Shown here: positions 9,722 through 19,681 of the stretch, piece after piece
How the letters are laid out: each line of letters opens with the position of its first letter
Numbering within the stretch: position 1 is the first letter of the stretch
DNA from: a virus
Taxonomy: Duplodnaviria; Caudoviricetes
IMG/VR virus record: IMGVR_UViG_3300023283_000094
Location: 1 to 58,403 of that record
Reading direction: 5' to 3' (one strand)
DNA length: 58,403 bases
Program-made: the position numbers and the translations under genes
The notes under the pieces: model-generated
What the model was told of the DNA's origin: nothing
The model's input: the letters and a program-made list of their open reading frames with translations, nothing else
Databases searched by the model: none

Positions 9722-9967
9722 TTATTCCCATATAGGCGTCACTATTTTACCGTCTCGAACCACCGATCGCTCTGGCTGCCCGGGCCGCATTCCTCCTTGT
9801 GGTGTATAATGGTGTCTGATGTCTTTTAGGTCGAATTTCTCTACATGTCTACCCGTGTTCATGGTGACCCAACCTTCATCACGGATACGGTTTTTGATGG
9901 TTGGGCCGGAATATCTAGTGCCATTCTTAAGTTCGATTATATCGTTAGTCATAATTATCGCACTCAT
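9722..9967 (-). CDS. hypothetical protein
   Basis: ATGA-coupled to the upstream 53-aa ORF. Confidence 0.5.
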   Translation of the reverse strand: MSAIIMTNDIIELKNGTRYSGPTIKNRIRDEGWVTMNTGRHVEKFDLKDIRHHYTPQGGMRPGQPERSVVRDGKIVTPIWE

Positions 9968-10125
9968 AACAACTCTTCCCAACTGAACACCTTTATCTCG
10001 TCCAACTTACACAATAGCCGCTGGTAGCGGTCGCGGCTGTTGGCTTCTGCGTTGTCTTGTGTAAACTGGAGTGACGATTTTATGGTTGCTAACTCGTCAT
10101 CCGTAACTTCAATCTTGTGTGTCAT
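9964..10125 (-). CDS. 53-aa hypothetical protein (below ORF-track cutoff)
   Basis: MTHKIEVTDDEL...WEELL; ATGA overlaps at both ends. Confidence 0.55.
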   Translation of the reverse strand: MTHKIEVTDDELATIKSSLQFTQDNAEANSRDRYQRLLCKLDEIKVFSWEELL

Positions 10126-10400
10126 TTTTCTTCCCACGGGTGACTATCTGCCATGCGCTCAACCTCTTCGATGATGCTGCCCGGCCCACAGTCGTAGGTA
10201 GTGAACCATAGGCGGAAGCCCATAAACCCAACATCAACGTCAAAACCACCTAGAAAATGATCCACCTCCAGTGCAAGCTGTATGAACGTGAAATTGCGCC
10301 AGTTGTATCCAGCGCAAAACCACTCCAGCCAATCCTGGCTCACGCCGATATGAAAAACTCTCGTTTGTGGTCTGTTGTGGAACTCGATTTCCATCTTCAC
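10122..10400 (-). CDS. hypothetical protein
   Basis: RBS and tight packing. Confidence 0.55.
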   Translation of the reverse strand: MKMEIEFHNRPQTRVFHIGVSQDWLEWFCAGYNWRNFTFIQLALEVDHFLGGFDVDVGFMGFRLWFTTYDCGPGSIIEEVERMADSHPWEEK

Positions 10401-10447
10401 ATTTCCCCTTCGTGGCTATGTATGTTACTGACAGACATAGCAAGAAA

Positions 10448-10669
10448 TCATCGGTGGTCTATGTAACACAGAAATACCTGAAGTTCATCCCGCATTCCCG
10501 GTGGCACGTAGATTGTGCCCTCCGGACACCCGCACTCAAACCCGTATTCGATGCGGTAACGTGCAAAGCCACGCATACGACCAGGGTGTCGGTGACACGT
10601 AATCGCATCACGGTTTAGCATCACCTCTTCGACCAACTCTGGCTGTGGATACTCACGGCCTTCATTCAT
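10448..10669 (-). CDS. hypothetical protein
   Basis: ATG overlaps the upstream stop. Confidence 0.5.
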   Translation of the reverse strand: MNEGREYPQPELVEEVMLNRDAITCHRHPGRMRGFARYRIEYGFECGCPEGTIYVPPGMRDELQVFLCYIDHR

Positions 10670-10943
10670 CGCCGGGCTCCCGGTCCAAAGCAATGCGGGC
10701 CTGGAAATAATCGTCCACAATCAAGTGGTGATATTCCGGTGTTCGTTCCTCGTTCACCGCCTCGCCCCACAGGTCAGTATGTTCACAGCCCTCCATCCAC
10801 AGAGCGTGGTCAGCAAACGGCTTCAGTGCGCGCTCTAATTGCGCTATGCGTTCACGCAGGTGCTCGTTTTCGCGGGACAGCCTTTTCGCTGCCAGCGGGT
10901 GTTGTTTCATTATATCTTCTAGTGCGGTTTCCTTTTCACCCAT
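10662..10943 (-). CDS. hypothetical coiled-coil protein
   Basis: GGAGGGGG RBS; LSRENEHLRERIAQLERAL. Confidence 0.6.
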   Translation of the reverse strand: MGEKETALEDIMKQHPLAAKRLSRENEHLRERIAQLERALKPFADHALWMEGCEHTDLWGEAVNEERTPEYHHLIVDDYFQARIALDREPGDE

Positions 10944-11037
10944 TGGTGCCCCCTCCGGTTAAAGATACTATTCGTGGATACCGACGATATGCCTCTCTCG
11001 GCGCCTCGATTCGCAGGTCGTGTTGAACGCGTCCTGC

Positions 11038-11235
11038 TCATTTATCTCTCGTACAACACCCATCACATCCATGGATCAACCATACGCTTACGGGGTGACC
11101 CAGTAAATTGGCGACCCGCTCTGCCGACTCTCTTGTCGGATGTCCAACCCCATGCACACAAAGCCGTTCCACCAGACCACTGTTACGTGTGATGGTCTTG
11201 TCGGTCATCCGCTGTTTGGGGTCATCCGTTGGCAT
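11038..11235 (-). CDS. small Cys/His metal-binding phage protein
   Basis: ERLCVHGVGHP...HGCDGCC. Confidence 0.6.
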   Translation of the reverse strand: MPTDDPKQRMTDKTITRNSGLVERLCVHGVGHPTRESAERVANLLGHPVSVWLIHGCDGCCTRDK

Positions 11236-11398
11236 TTGTGGGCACCTCTAGTTCACATACGGCGAAGTCTAACCGTTCGTGTGGGCCGTGAAACTCTACC
11301 ACTCAATCGAACCCCGCGTGTGGTGGGGCGTCGATGATCTGGCCCACCTCGCCATATCTCGCACTCCGGAGCACATGATCTCACGTGGTCACCTATCT

Positions 11399-11614
11399 TC
11401 ACCCTACGCTTCTGTGTTTGTGCGTGTCGTCGCGGAAGCGGACAACGTAAAACGCACCAATCCTCTCAGCATACAGGCGTTCATTCATGTGGTTACTAAT
11501 GTCTATCAAAAGGTCATGAACGTCAGTGGCCGGATATCTATCTGCGCTAAGCCGCAACCTCCGGTTGACTCGCAACGCCTTTGCGTATCGTCTTATCTGC
11601 TCGTGCTCATACAT
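11399..11614 (-). CDS. hypothetical protein
   Basis: Packed co-directional ORF. Confidence 0.45.
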   Translation of the reverse strand: MYEHEQIRRYAKALRVNRRLRLSADRYPATDVHDLLIDISNHMNERLYAERIGAFYVVRFRDDTHKHRSVG

Positions 11615-11849
11615 CGTTTCGTTCCTTGATCCTAATGATCAAATATTGTACCGGGTGCGCTACAAATACCGAATCTAGTGCCTTGAGCCGTTGATCGTGT
11701 ATCGCTTTGCTGAGGTTTGCGCGCGATATTTCACCGTGTATTTTTCCGTTACTCGTTTTGTATAATCTGGCATATTCCTGCAACACTTCAAGGTGCGCAC
11801 CGTGGTGTTGTACTACTTCGAAACAAAGAATCTCGTCTTTTAGTGACAT
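11607..11849 (-). CDS. hypothetical protein
   Basis: Packed co-directional ORF. Confidence 0.5.
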   Translation of the reverse strand: MSLKDEILCFEVVQHHGAHLEVLQEYARLYKTSNGKIHGEISRANLSKAIHDQRLKALDSVFVAHPVQYLIIRIKERNDV

Positions 11850-12031
11850 ACCACGTGTTTGATCTCAAGGTCTCCACCCAACCATAACCCAAACAGCAAC
11901 GCCACGACGGGTATGAGTATGTGCAGGGCTGTATGCACATAACAGAACCACCTTGCGGCTGGTTTGATGTGCGCCCAGCAACTGCGACACTTACACCTGC
12001 ACGTTTCCAGTATATCAGCCATTGGGTCCAC
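11840..12031 (-). CDS. small membrane protein
   Basis: Hydrophobic ILIPVVALLFGLWL segment. Confidence 0.5.
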   Translation of the reverse strand: MDPMADILETCRCKCRSCWAHIKPAARWFCYVHTALHILIPVVALLFGLWLGGDLEIKHVVCH

Positions 12032-12305
12032 CGGTCTTGTGGTCTCGGTTGTCGAACCTACATAGGTCGCCAGACTTCATGATGTCACGCACGTCTTCCA
12101 GGAATACAATCTCTTGCTTGAATTTGGCAATGGCTTGCTCTAACTGACCCACGGTGCGATCGCCGTATACTGAACCGTCCATCGTTATCCGTTCCAGCTT
12201 AATTGGATTTTGAGTTGCGGGTAGCTTCTGGCTAAGTCTTGCCCGCGCTCGTGGCTCACCGGTGACAGTGACGGCAATATGCTGTTCTATCGTTGTATGT
12301 GACAC
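12015..12305 (-). CDS. hypothetical protein
   Basis: GGAGG RBS, GTG start. Confidence 0.55.
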   Translation of the reverse strand: MSHTTIEQHIAVTVTGEPRARARLSQKLPATQNPIKLERITMDGSVYGDRTVGQLEQAIAKFKQEIVFLEDVRDIMKSGDLCRFDNRDHKTGGPNG

Positions 12306-12326
12306 GTATGTCCTCCGGTGTTGATA

Positions 12327-12593
12327 TTATTGTTTTATCTCTCTGATATTCAACAATAACTCCAGTTCATGTGGACGGTGGATCTCCAAATATTGCTTGA
12401 TCGTCATGTCGGCCGGTACCAAAACGCGGCGGTCACGTATCGTCACCCAGTATGATCCGGTGCCGTCCACTACATGCGTTGCGTCTTTCCGCGTGCATGG
12501 ATCTAGACCCGACCCACCACACGCCAGGCACGAACCACAACCACTTATTGTTGGGTCTTTGCCAGTGCCATCACATTCTCCACAGTCAGTCAT
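12327..12593 (-). CDS. protein with DnaJ-type CxxCxGxG repeats
   Basis: CGECDGTG and CLACGGSG. Confidence 0.55.
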   Translation of the reverse strand: MTDCGECDGTGKDPTISGCGSCLACGGSGLDPCTRKDATHVVDGTGSYWVTIRDRRVLVPADMTIKQYLEIHRPHELELLLNIREIKQ

Positions 12594-12814
12594 ACTCTCT
12601 CCCTCAACTCGCTCAAGCTCATGACGGTTAAGTGTCGACGATCATTCAGGTGAGTCATTGGTTCGTTTTTCCAATACCCGTCATGTGATACCTCTATGAA
12701 GGTTGAGTGACACCGCTGATCGCATGCCTGGCAATAGATATATTTATCCTCTACATATGTATACCAGTATCCACCTACACCACAGTTTCTACATACACCG
12801 TAACACGCTTTCAT
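12590..12814 (-). CDS. small Zn-ribbon protein
   Basis: CRNC...CQAC; ATGA coupling. Confidence 0.5.
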   Translation of the reverse strand: MKACYGVCRNCGVGGYWYTYVEDKYIYCQACDQRCHSTFIEVSHDGYWKNEPMTHLNDRRHLTVMSLSELRERV

Positions 12815-13446
12815 AGCTCAAACACCACTGGCGGGTTCGCTATTTCGTGGTACTTATTGATGGATGATACGTTCAGGCACGTTATGTCACCTGCCATGTA
12901 CTGTCCATACGCAACGTGTATGTGGCCAAATATATGGTATTTTGGCCTGACCCTTACGAGCGCTCTAAGCATCTCTTTGGAGCCGGCGTGCTCGTAGACC
13001 CCCCACCTGTTTTTAACCCAATCGCCCAGCCGCCATGCTGGCCCATGCGACACCAGTATATCCGTCTGTTCTGGTATTTTGTCGTATACCTCACGGAGTT
13101 CCAGGCCACGTTTACGGTTAAACGCCCAATCATTGAAGTGTGGTGTCCACGGCGTACCATACACTATATACCCGCCAATGTCCGTCCATGTATCCTGTAG
13201 ATATATTGCGTTTGTGAGCGCGGCACGTGCTGCTGCCGGTTGCTTTTCAAATACCATGTCATGGTTACCGGCGATAACTACAATATCTTTATAGTCAAGC
13301 GTACCAAGCCAGTAGTTGAACAGGTCGATGTCACTTATATCGCCGTAGTCTGACATGTCGCCCGTATGTATCAACAGGTCACCGTCCGGCATGTCCAGGT
13401 CGTCGTGTTTACCGTGTGTATCGCCAATAGCCACCACCTTCATCAC
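12811..13446 (-). CDS. calcineurin-like metallophosphoesterase
   Basis: GDTH, GD, GNHD, SHGP, FGHIH motifs. Confidence 0.92.
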   Translation of the reverse strand: MMKVVAIGDTHGKHDDLDMPDGDLLIHTGDMSDYGDISDIDLFNYWLGTLDYKDIVVIAGNHDMVFEKQPAAARAALTNAIYLQDTWTDIGGYIVYGTPWTPHFNDWAFNRKRGLELREVYDKIPEQTDILVSHGPAWRLGDWVKNRWGVYEHAGSKEMLRALVRVRPKYHIFGHIHVAYGQYMAGDITCLNVSSINKYHEIANPPVVFEL

Positions 13447-14618
13447 GCAACCTTTGCTATTAGCTCGCCCACATTATCCCTGGTATTGGACCAGTTGCGA
13501 CTGAACTTATCGAACTTGCTGGCAGTGTGTTCGTCGTAGTGTTCGTGACCAACATGGTCAGACCTGTCTGGTGTCAACACAGACTCCACATAACTCCACC
13601 AGTAGTTCGCACCGGAGCGCGAGTGGTTATGCGCCACGGAGTCAGACTTACAGTATGTGTGATATGCGTCGTAACCCATCGCGAACTCGGCCTTCATGAT
13701 ATTACGCCGCGTAAACAGCGCATCGTTCGACCCATACACGTTCGTGCAATACGGGATCTTGCGCAAGAGTCGCGTGCGCACCCTGTTCCACACATCGACG
13801 GCAAGATCGACGTCCGATCGGTTGATGGCGTCACACACCGTTTCGCGGTCGACAATGGTGCGCAAATCTTCGTCGAGATCGTTCGAGGCCAACATCACGC
13901 AACACCTTGCGACCGATCCCACCCACCACACCCAAATGGGATCGAATATGGGCCACGGGCCAAGTGTCCGGTACTCAAGGCCGTAGGCGGGCGTACGAAA
14001 TTCGCCCGCCCGTCCATACCCAAGCACCGTGCGACGCTGCCGCGCAGCGCGTGAGTGTTCACGCTCGAATATAACGCCCGGTACACCAAGGAACAGGTCC
14101 AGTAACTCGATCACGTCGAGTTGCTTCTCGGTCTCGTGAAGGGTCGAGACAGACTTTTTATATTTAGGCGAGTGGCGACTTGTCAACTGCTCGGGTCTGG
14201 TCGATCCGATATGTACGTGATACCCGGCCGATCGAACATTGACCCCGTCAGGCGGTCGCGGACACGACTCGTGTATGCCGTCTGGCATCAACACCATACT
14301 GGGATCACACCCGAAACTATTTAGTTCGGGGTGTTGTGCGATAACTTCGTCACTGAACTCTGCAGTCGGCTCAACGGAGATATCTACCACACCCGGGCGC
14401 CCACAAACCCACTTAATCTGGTATGCAACATCATCGGCGAGCTCCTCAAGACACGTTGCTGGGAGTGTTCGTATCTCTGCGGCCGCGTTATCGTATACGA
14501 TCTCTTCGCTGGAATCGCGATCATGGGGGATCGATTTGCTGGCTGGGTATGGTCTACCACGCTCATCCAACAAGAAAAACTCCGGGTCGGCGCCGTGTGA
14601 CGGCCGGAACCTATACAT
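13443..14618 (-). CDS. phiEco32-like COOH-NH2 ligase type 2
   Basis: GADPEFFL, DNAAAE, FGCDP, RSAGYHVHIG, YGRAGEFR...GLEYRTL. Confidence 0.88.
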   Translation of the reverse strand: MYRFRPSHGADPEFFLLDERGRPYPASKSIPHDRDSSEEIVYDNAAAEIRTLPATCLEELADDVAYQIKWVCGRPGVVDISVEPTAEFSDEVIAQHPELNSFGCDPSMVLMPDGIHESCPRPPDGVNVRSAGYHVHIGSTRPEQLTSRHSPKYKKSVSTLHETEKQLDVIELLDLFLGVPGVIFEREHSRAARQRRTVLGYGRAGEFRTPAYGLEYRTLGPWPIFDPIWVWWVGSVARCCVMLASNDLDEDLRTIVDRETVCDAINRSDVDLAVDVWNRVRTRLLRKIPYCTNVYGSNDALFTRRNIMKAEFAMGYDAYHTYCKSDSVAHNHSRSGANYWWSYVESVLTPDRSDHVGHEHYDEHTASKFDKFSRNWSNTRDNVGELIAKVA

Positions 14619-14895
14619 TGTTTATCTCTCCTGGGCCCGTGTGTTGCGGTCTGGGGTCAGCGATTATACACGTAGACACTGCGTTACGCATCATGGGTGT
14701 GTTGGGCCCGGTGGTGTCGCGTGGGTTTTTTGCGGCCACAGAGCAATGTGCCATGTTACCACACCTCGCGTGTATAAACTTGATTGTACGTTCCTGGCCG
14801 CTATATTCAATCCGCCACCAGAACCGTTCATCGCACGTTCTACACTCAACAACCATATATTTATGGTCCATACCGTTATCGTCCCGCTGAGGCAT
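14611..14895 (-). CDS. small Zn-ribbon protein
   Basis: CRTC...HARC. Confidence 0.45.
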   Translation of the reverse strand: MPQRDDNGMDHKYMVVECRTCDERFWWRIEYSGQERTIKFIHARCGNMAHCSVAAKNPRDTTGPNTPMMRNAVSTCIIADPRPQHTGPGEINNV

Positions 14896-14906
14896 ATATC
14901 ACACCG

Positions 14907-15122
14907 TCAGATATTCGCAACTACCACCTGCCAGTATTCACTCTCACGGTCCCACGACACCGCAGCACCTGGTACTCTGTCTGCCAGTGTCACTGCGGGA
15001 CCAACATTACGGAACTGGAATATATCTCCGTCCTGCGCATTGGCGATACATTCATCTATCGAGTGGGTGTCGGTGAACCCCATATCAAATACATTTGGCA
15101 TGTCGTGTCTCCACTTAGTCAA
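14907..15122 (-). CDS. hypothetical protein
   Basis: Packed co-directional ORF. Confidence 0.45.
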   Translation of the reverse strand: MTKWRHDMPNVFDMGFTDTHSIDECIANAQDGDIFQFRNVGPAVTLADRVPGAAVSWDRESEYWQVVVANI

Positions 15123-15589
15123 TTGTTCATGATACTCTTACCACCGGGCTCGATGATCACCAGTGGCTTGCATTTGTTGCGTGCATAACGAATCGTAGAC
15201 CACGTCCCAGATCTCACGTGTTCTTTGCGGGTCAATGGTGTCGCAAGCATTATATCTGATGATGACACGATGTCCTTGTTGCGCTTGAGGTATGGTTTCT
15301 CGGGCATGACATATATATTGTCGAAGATCGGTACACCAGACCCATCGCCAATGTTTTCCTGTCCGCAGTATGCCCTATATTTCACGCTGTCTGGGGGGTG
15401 GGTTATAATCATGCAACCCAACACCCGCGCGATAAAATATGCCTGTTCGTCGCTACCCACGCAGTCACCGTGATGGAAATACTTGGGGCGTATCATCTTG
15501 AGGTATCGTGTGAACCTTTCTTCCTGGTGTGTCGTCATACCCTCACGTGTTCCCGTAAAACCAACCGACCCATATTTTAGTACACCCAT
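15119..15589 (-). CDS. SLOG-superfamily (DprA/YspA-like) nucleotide-binding protein
   Basis: VGFTGTR, HHGDCVGSD, RNKDIV, SGTWSTIRYA. Confidence 0.8.
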   Translation of the reverse strand: MGVLKYGSVGFTGTREGMTTHQEERFTRYLKMIRPKYFHHGDCVGSDEQAYFIARVLGCMIITHPPDSVKYRAYCGQENIGDGSGVPIFDNIYVMPEKPYLKRNKDIVSSSDIMLATPLTRKEHVRSGTWSTIRYARNKCKPLVIIEPGGKSIMNN

Positions 15590-15983
15590 CTAACGACTTA
15601 TCGTTATTTTTATTGCGGCCGTATCTCCACCGTACCCTATATACACCCCGCCCCCCACAATGTTCCATGTATATATTTATACACAAAACACATCACAATA
15701 TCACGTGTCGCTGCTGAGGTATTTCATTTCACACGCTGGCGATCGAAGGCGTTGGTTATCTTTTACATAGATACTGTACACAAAAATCCTAGCTGACCCC
15801 GTCGGTGTTGTCACGATACTTCAAACAGCATCCGCCCATCCGACGACGAAACGAGGAAAACTGGTCTATCGGTGTCAAGGTTGATGTCTCTGAACCTGAT
15901 GGCCTGTTGTCGGCTACCAAACATATAGATAGCGAGACGCCTCGTCTGTCGTCATGTCGACGTGATATCTGATAGTGTGCATC

Positions 15984-16193
15984 TTATGACGCTTGCTGCT
16001 TGACACTACTCAGCACTGCCTGGCACGCCCTACACCACACAATCTCTTTGTAGTTGAGTGCGGGTGTTTCCACCGCCTGCATCACGAATGGATGTCCACG
16101 GAGCTGTATGCGTGTACGTAACTGTCCCTTAGAGATGCGTGCCCTAACATTCCTGGATCGGATGATGGTCTCGTGTATGCCACGGCAACTCAT
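15984..16193 (-). CDS. hypothetical protein
   Basis: GGGGGAGG RBS; C..H and CRAC. Confidence 0.5.
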   Translation of the reverse strand: MSCRGIHETIIRSRNVRARISKGQLRTRIQLRGHPFVMQAVETPALNYKEIVWCRACQAVLSSVKQQAS

Positions 16194-16448
16194 AACGCCC
16201 TCCCCCGGGTTATGATGTATTGTTGCAAGCCACGGGCGTGTATTTTGCTCACCCCAAACAATCGTTACTTGACACTACGTTACATACTTGATATGCGGTT
16301 TACCGTCGTCGCCAAACACAAAAGGACTGGAAACCACTTCGTCGAAACTGCCAAGTATTAGCGGGATGCATTTCTCGTGATAATACACGAGATATTTCGT
16401 GGTTTCATTGACGCTAATTCTCACGACACGCGGTTTCTGGGTCACCGT

Positions 16449-16805
16449 TCACTCCTTCGTCTCATCATCTCGATACACGTAATAGCAGGTTGTGTAGCGT
16501 TCGCCGTCTGGCGCAATCGATTCGTCTGGCAGGTTGTCCCGATGGCTTTCATCCAATACACCGGAGAAACTTCCCATAGCGCCATCTCCCAACGCGACTC
16601 TGCCGGTTTCGCTGTCTCTAATGGGCAGGTGTGTTTCTTTCTTATATTTGGTAAGATCGCCATCTGGTAGTATGACGTCCCCGCCGTGTATGGTGTATTT
16701 TTTAGTGTCGTGGTTCTGTGTTATCGCTACGCCAGTATAGCGTACCACACACCCTCGCTCGACATCCCATAGATTTTGTCCCACGTAAAGCATCTTAACC
16801 CTCAT
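16449..16805 (-). CDS. hypothetical protein
   Basis: 118-aa co-directional ORF. Confidence 0.5.
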   Translation of the reverse strand: MRVKMLYVGQNLWDVERGCVVRYTGVAITQNHDTKKYTIHGGDVILPDGDLTKYKKETHLPIRDSETGRVALGDGAMGSFSGVLDESHRDNLPDESIAPDGERYTTCYYVYRDDETKE

Positions 16806-17057
16806 GTTGGGTTTCGTCGGGCCGACAATCGATCACACTAAACCTCGATCTGAGTTTGTCGTTTAGTGCATCCTCGATGATATCGAGTAACGCCTGCTTA
16901 GATACCGTGCGATTGTCGTGTTTCTCCATCGTGATGATTAGTCGCTCTGGTCCTGACACAACAACCTCTCACTTTAAAGTTGAGATGCCATCGATGTGCC
17001 GCGCGGGACTCGAACCCGCATCCTTCCCGTTGAGGTTATGGTTAAATTTATACACAA

Positions 17058-17131
17058 TGGGCCTGGCAGGACTTGAACCTGCGACCATCGCATTATGAGT
17101 GCGCCGCTCTGACCAACTGAGCTACAGGCCC
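17058..17131 (-). tRNA. tRNA with CAT anticodon, Ile2 (lysidine) type; no encoded CCA
   Basis: GGGCCTG TA GCTC AGTTGGTCA GAGC G GCGCA CTCATAA TGCGA TGGTC GCAGG TTCAAGT CCTGC CAGGCCC A; resembles bacterial tRNA-Ile2 and lacks fMet determinants. Confidence 0.9.
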
Positions 17132-17446
17132 CTTATATATCACGTTACTTACAGATTGAGGCTATCCTTGAGTCGCTCAGCTTCTTCTTTTGAGATATCG
17201 CTATCCAGGGCAATTACTGTGATTGCGTCAATTGCCCGTTGGATTGTTTTTCCGACGTAACCTCATAATGCGACTGAGACAATGGACTCGATAGCGTGAT
17301 ACCGAATTTCATTTTCCAAGTAGCGTGGCATAACATCCCTCCAGGTTATTTATCCCAGGGCCATTTCGCGGTTAGACCCACGCACAAAAAGAAAACAACC
17401 GATACTATACTAATACTCAGAACAATCGCCTCGGGCCAGTTCATTG

Positions 17447-17779
17447 TCAACTCTCCAGTTCGGGGTAATCACCTCCATCGAAATTTTGAATGAATTTCTG
17501 TAGGGTCGGGTGTGTCTCAATGTGACCCGTGAGGCGGTCTGTGGCGGGCGATCTGGTGGCAATCCCCCCTTCTCTCACAAAGACATGATACTCCCACTCA
17601 AGTTGACTGCCAAAGTAATTTGCCAGTGGACACGATCCTGCGTCCCCAGGCACCCCCTTGATGCCCTGTTGTGCGAGCCAAGCAGCAACTTCGTCGGCCG
17701 ATTCCATATCGCGTACAAGCGAATCTACGGCTTCTTGAAGTTGTCGGTGGATCTTTCCCGAACCGTCTGGGCCGGCCAT
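17447..17779 (-). CDS. hypothetical phage protein
   Basis: GIKG...SCPLANY...FIQNFDGGDYPEL. Confidence 0.6.
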   Translation of the reverse strand: MAGPDGSGKIHRQLQEAVDSLVRDMESADEVAAWLAQQGIKGVPGDAGSCPLANYFGSQLEWEYHVFVREGGIATRSPATDRLTGHIETHPTLQKFIQNFDGGDYPELES

Positions 17780-17781
17780 CG

Positions 17782-18084
17782 TTACACCCTCTTTTCGATC
17801 TTATCGAGTGCATCAAAACACAATGATGTCGCTGCGTCAATTTTCTTCATAACGTCCCGCACCGTGTCAGGTGATATGTCATTACCGCTACACATTTCCA
17901 TGTGTTGGGATGCGGTATCCAGTTGTGACAGCGCCTGTCTGATGCGCAGGTAACAACTGGATAGATAGTCCACGTCATCGACCATATTAGTATCCACCCC
18001 CAGACGAACGCTTCGCTTTCTTGTCCATGCGCCTGCGCCACGCTTGATACGTGGGCCACTTATGTGACCTGTTGCGCCTGGCAT
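17782..18084 (-). CDS. hypothetical protein (true start probably internal)
   Basis: Helical C-half; co-directional. Confidence 0.4.
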   Translation of the reverse strand: MPGATGHISGPRIKRGAGAWTRKRSVRLGVDTNMVDDVDYLSSCYLRIRQALSQLDTASQHMEMCSGNDISPDTVRDVMKKIDAATSLCFDALDKIEKRV

Positions 18085-18284
18085 GGATTCTATCGAACGG
18101 TGTTGCCTGGCAACTTTCGACCTTAGATCGCCCGGCGGTACTTGAGAACTTGTTGCGCTTGTGATTGCGTCGTGTCTTGATACCGACGGGCGGCATACGC
18201 CTCAGCATGCCAGTGTGCGACTCGCCGTGGTGTTTCTGTTGTGATCCGTCGTGTTTGTTGGTGTAGTATATATTGCCTGCCATT

Positions 18285-18764
18285 TTATGTGGTCCCATCT
18301 GTTAGTTTGTTTATGACATCGCGGAGTTCTGGCGTTGTTTCTATGCGGCCATAGTATCCAACATCACAGCGATATCTGTCTGACACGTGGTCCGCAAGTT
18401 GTGGTGATATCGGCTCATTGACAAACTTACCATACCCTAAAAAGGTATTGTTTGTGCAATGACACGCCAACAAGACACTATCCACCCTTGCCTGTTGCGC
18501 GGTATATCCATATTTACATTCATAGACCCTGCCCATGAGACTGACTATACCAATCGCATGGAATTGATATTCTGGAAGCTTGCTGCATGCGTGCTGTAGT
18601 TTAAGTGCGTGATATCCCACGTATTTTGTAACGGTATCGACTTTGGGTGTTACGGGGTTTGCCCAGCAACCGGCGTCAACCGTCATACCAAACGCTATCG
18701 GGAGAAGTGTACCGGGATCTTGCTGTGTGGCTGCGCCCCAGAACCCTCTATAATAGTTTTCCAC
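18285..18764 (-). CDS. GxVSxxGxVxEC-family protein, paralogue 1
   Basis: Shares GIVSLMGRVYECKYGYTAQ and DRYRCDV with 23189-24305 genes. Confidence 0.65.
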   Translation of the reverse strand: MENYYRGFWGAATQQDPGTLLPIAFGMTVDAGCWANPVTPKVDTVTKYVGYHALKLQHACSKLPEYQFHAIGIVSLMGRVYECKYGYTAQQARVDSVLLACHCTNNTFLGYGKFVNEPISPQLADHVSDRYRCDVGYYGRIETTPELRDVINKLTDGTT

Positions 18765-18870
18765 CCGGCACCACTCCCTGTCGAGTCATCGTCCGTCGAT
18801 TGTCGTAGACAGGCATTTTCATCTCCTCTTCAGCGCCGCTCTCGTCTCATTATTCATCGGTGGACCCCTT

Positions 18871-18904
18871 AAATTCTAGCTGAAATTCTAGCTGAAAATT
18901 CTAG
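18871..18904. repeat. tandem 12-mer AAATTCTAGCTG (about 3 copies)
   Basis: Read directly; same motif at 24332 and 27482. Confidence 0.9.
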
Positions 18905-18905
18905 T

Positions 18906-19088
18906 TCATTTTCGGTCATTGTATATAGACACGGCCGCCAGAACCACAGCGGCTACGGCTGTCGCCACAACGACAAACAGGAACTCCGGCGACACGAACA
19001 GGTCGCTCACACAGAATATATCACCAATACACAGTGACTCCCCGGGCAATGTACCAACCAGCATACTAAATGATACCCCTCTCAACAT
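18906..19088 (-). CDS. small membrane protein
   Basis: Hydrophobic FLFVVVATAVAAVVLAAVSI. Confidence 0.5.
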   Translation of the reverse strand: MLRGVSFSMLVGTLPGESLCIGDIFCVSDLFVSPEFLFVVVATAVAAVVLAAVSIYNDRK

Positions 19089-19169
19089 ATGTCACCCCCG
19101 GCGTTGGTATCTCTCTGCTACACACCTTTATACCCACGGACCCGACAAAGGTTCCATTGACATTGTTTG

Positions 19170-19367
19170 TCACGTTGGGATCACCACACCCAAAAACAAT
19201 TCGTGCGGAAACGTTTCGTCGTTTCTTTTGATCTCTGTCGCCACACGTGTGATGAACTCAATGTTAGTAGAATTCAGGATGAGGTATCCGTCGTCTGTCA
19301 ACGCCTCGCGCATTATAGTGGCGACAAACATCTCTTTGTCATTTAACTGCAAACGGGTGCGCGTCAT
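19170..19367 (-). CDS. hypothetical protein
   Basis: GGAGG RBS. Confidence 0.55.
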   Translation of the reverse strand: MTRTRLQLNDKEMFVATIMREALTDDGYLILNSTNIEFITRVATEIKRNDETFPHELFLGVVIPT

Positions 19368-19403
19368 TTTGCAAACCTCCGGTCGAGTTATCCTATTAGA
19401 GTA

Positions 19404-19679
19404 TCACCACTCTCGTGCACCAAAATTATGGCGCTCAAGCCACACAATAAGTCGAGTGATGTATTGTGAGATTCTGTGTTTGATATAATCTCGGTACCTT
19501 CCGCCAATTTTATTCAATACTTTAACCTCCAGGTCGACAACGGTTGGCATATATGTATCGCGACAGCTACCAGCACGCACTGCACTACCTTTAAATATCT
19601 CGTTACTCGACTCCCATGTATCTACGATGTACAGGTCTTTGGCGAATTGCTGAACTATATATCGCGGTTTGATTTTCAT
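19404..19679 (-). CDS. hypothetical protein
   Basis: GAGG RBS, packed. Confidence 0.5.
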   Translation of the reverse strand: MKIKPRYIVQQFAKDLYIVDTWESSNEIFKGSAVRAGSCRDTYMPTVVDLEVKVLNKIGGRYRDYIKHRISQYITRLIVWLERHNFGAREW

Positions 19680-19681
19680 GT

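Noticed and set aside
17058-17131. Initiator tRNA explaining the ATT/ATC starts
   Set aside because: Has a paired 1-72 position and lacks three consecutive G-C anticodon-stem pairs
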